Below, one piece after another: positions 62,025 through 64,000 of a DNA stretch of 64,000 nt. A program made the translations under genes and the position numbers. Where the stretch lies: contig CDMY01000411.1 of NCBI GenBank assembly GCA_001179505.1, forward strand, positions 20,723 through 84,722. The letters are read 5' to 3'. The stretch comes from Vitrella brassicaformis CCMP3155. Its lineage: Eukaryota > Protista > Chromerida. The first letter of the stretch is position 1. Every line of letters begins with the position of its first letter. Below the pieces are notes generated by a model. The model was given only the letters and a program-made list of their open reading frames with translations, was not told the DNA's origin and did no database searches.

Positions 62025-63519
62025 TCATATGGGCAACAAGACATGCCCAAGCTTCTGACGAAAGTACAGCATTGCTTTGGAACGCAGATTCTTTGAACCA
62101 GCGTGAATCACAAATGTGTGACATCGGCACTTTCTCCGCCATGCCGGGTGTGGGTCTACGCACTGTTGGCGCCACAAGGAAAAGATTTATCGTTGCGTGA
62201 TATCGAGGTCTTAACTTACCTGGAGAAGAGTTGCCTGTGACGGACCATTATCAACACCAAGCAAGAATGGGACAGTTTTAAAATCTTGTAGCCTTGGCGA
62301 TCTTCGCCCGATGCAGTAGAATGCGCGATGACAGTGATACAACCGAATATCAGCACTTTTAGCACTTCTCCAGCATTCGTTGTCCTTCAATTTTCTGTGA
62401 ATGCAGGCGTCGTTGTATGGGAAGCTGTTCGAATACACTTGGAAGGCGTGTTGAATGGCATGCTGTAGCGCCACTTGCTCCGCCGGATGCCGCTGGAAGA
62501 GATGTCCATCGTCCCAGGCCCGAGTCAGAACCATGTCTGTCCACTTTCCCCTTCTGAATATCATGACACCTACGACGGGAGACAGAGAAAGACAAAGGCG
62601 GTCATATTGTACTCAAGACTCTAAACATCGTGGTCCATAAAGACATACCGGTATTCAGCCATGGATCCTGCTGCACTACGATCTGGACTGCATGAAGGAC
62701 TTGCGGGTTTTGGGCGATTAAGTCACTGTAAGCGGTGTAGAGTCGAGGCGAAAAGAAGTCTGTGATAAGAAGATTGTAATCTTTGACAAAGGCGTCACTA
62801 TTCATCCACATCACAGTGGAATACGCCTTCAGTAGACGGCGAATAAGCAATATCTGAAAGAGAAGTGTGTGGAATGTATGAAGGCACAAAAAATTCAAAG
62901 GCGTCCACGATGTCAGAGCCGACCAACCTTTACATAATAAATCGATCTCCCTTCCAGGTCACTCCGACTGCTATCTTGGACAAATAGAGGAATGTTTCGT
63001 AGGTGAGCATAAAGTGCGATATTGAAGATGCAGTCGAGACATGCCAGGTTGACCAAAGTGGCATTTTCGGCGCCAAATTGAAACTGCATATATACAGACA
63101 CCCACACACACGCTCGTCGGATTCCCTCTTGCACTATGGTTCATTCTGTATGTTACGTTCCAGGCCGTGGCCATCACCACAGACGGCGACTCTGTCATTG
63201 CCTCAATTTTCGCCCCTCGTGACCTCAGAATGCCCAGTGCCAGCGTAGCGCCCTCGAATTTGACTCTGTAGGTCTCGCAAGGCTCCTGTCTCCTCTTCAT
63301 TTGAGAGACGGCGCGTATGTCAGCGGCAAGATCTGTCTCATTCCCTCGCAGCCTGCAAATGAGGGTGCACGGGTCGTTCAGTTGCTCTTGAGTCTCCGAA
63401 AGAAGAAACGAGTCCAACGGGAAGAAAAGGAAATGAGTCATAGAAGGAAATAGAAGAAGAATGGCTGCAGCGATGACGAGACCACTCCACCACACCACCT
63501 TTGCACCACTACGGACCAT
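62025..63519 (-). CDS. Type II membrane glycosyltransferase, GT34 (GMA12/MNN10)-like
   Basis: TM; ALYAHLRNIPL...RSIYYVK|ILLIRRLL..YSTVMWMNSDAFV; WLNTG|VMIFRRGKWTDMVLTRAW...AEQVAL; last exon FVIHAG stop ~62025. Confidence 0.7.
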
Positions 63520-64000
63520 CTCCGCATGGAGGCAACACTAGGTCCATCCACGGCACGTTCCGCGGCTGACCGCTGGTGCGCCGACGCTCTCGCCGCGATC
63601 CCCTCGAACGGCCCCCCCTTGAACGGCCCAATCCACGGCTAACCTTATCGCGGAATTCACAGCATTAGTGTAAATGCTTCCCCCTCTGTTAACACTTGAT
63701 GCGGCGTGACTGCCCAACAAATACAAACAAGTGACAAGCGATGCAGCCCGAAGGAAAATGAGAAAATCGTGCAGGAGTCGCCATGTCGGCCATCCCGATT
63801 GCCCCTAAGTGGGAAGGGAAGATGCGTAAACCAAGGCCAAGGCCCAGCAGTTGCCGCAGCATCGCCATCGCCACCATCGCAGCCCCCGGACACCCAGCTC
63901 TGTCCGCGATGCGGCCGCCGGCCGCTTCCGAATTCTCGACACGCAGCGTGCTTCATCTGCCTCGCAGAGGGCGCTGCGCCGCCCACGCCCGTCCCGCCTC

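Noticed and set aside
63538-64000. Minus-strand ORFs at the window edge
   Set aside because: Likely the 3' end of a gene outside the window; nothing diagnostic.

Overview
Gene-dense, intron-rich, GC-rich eukaryotic nuclear DNA. Introns are short (mostly ~50-100 nt) and full of (CA)n, (GTCT)n and (ATCC)n microsatellites. Together with AP2-like genes this suggests a chromerid alveolate such as Vitrella brassicaformis (inference, not verified). I can support about 20 spliced genes. Housekeeping genes: PABPN1-like, ANP32-like, CHMP7-like, TRM1, DNAJC11-like, EI24-like and a C2-domain protein. About 11 genes encode secretory-pathway glycan-modifying enzymes: GT61, GT64, GT77, GT31/fringe, GT2-like, PLOD-type, O-FucT, GT25-like, GT34 and SAM methyltransferases. 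The most notable signal is a family of five genes (A 6546+, B 12513-, C 14841+, D 39112-, E 39842+). They share an N-terminal lumenal module I cannot assign to a named family, with a C-P motif followed by an L-x-x-x-W-x-(I/V)-L-x-L-L helix. Four of the five have a phase-1 intron at the same codon position. The module is joined at an intron to a different catalytic cargo in each gene. Gene C is a recent mosaic of E and A. Other signals: frequent GC-AG introns, a signal-peptide protein with an intron-split Walker A motif, telo-box-like repeats upstream of housekeeping genes, a probable decayed Tc1/IS630 remnant upstream of two family members, several dispersed repeats and hairpins, and two AP2-like paralogues whose first coding exon is only ATG. 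I found no rRNA, tRNA or CRISPR. All exon structures were inferred by eye, and all domain calls come from motif recognition rather than database searches.
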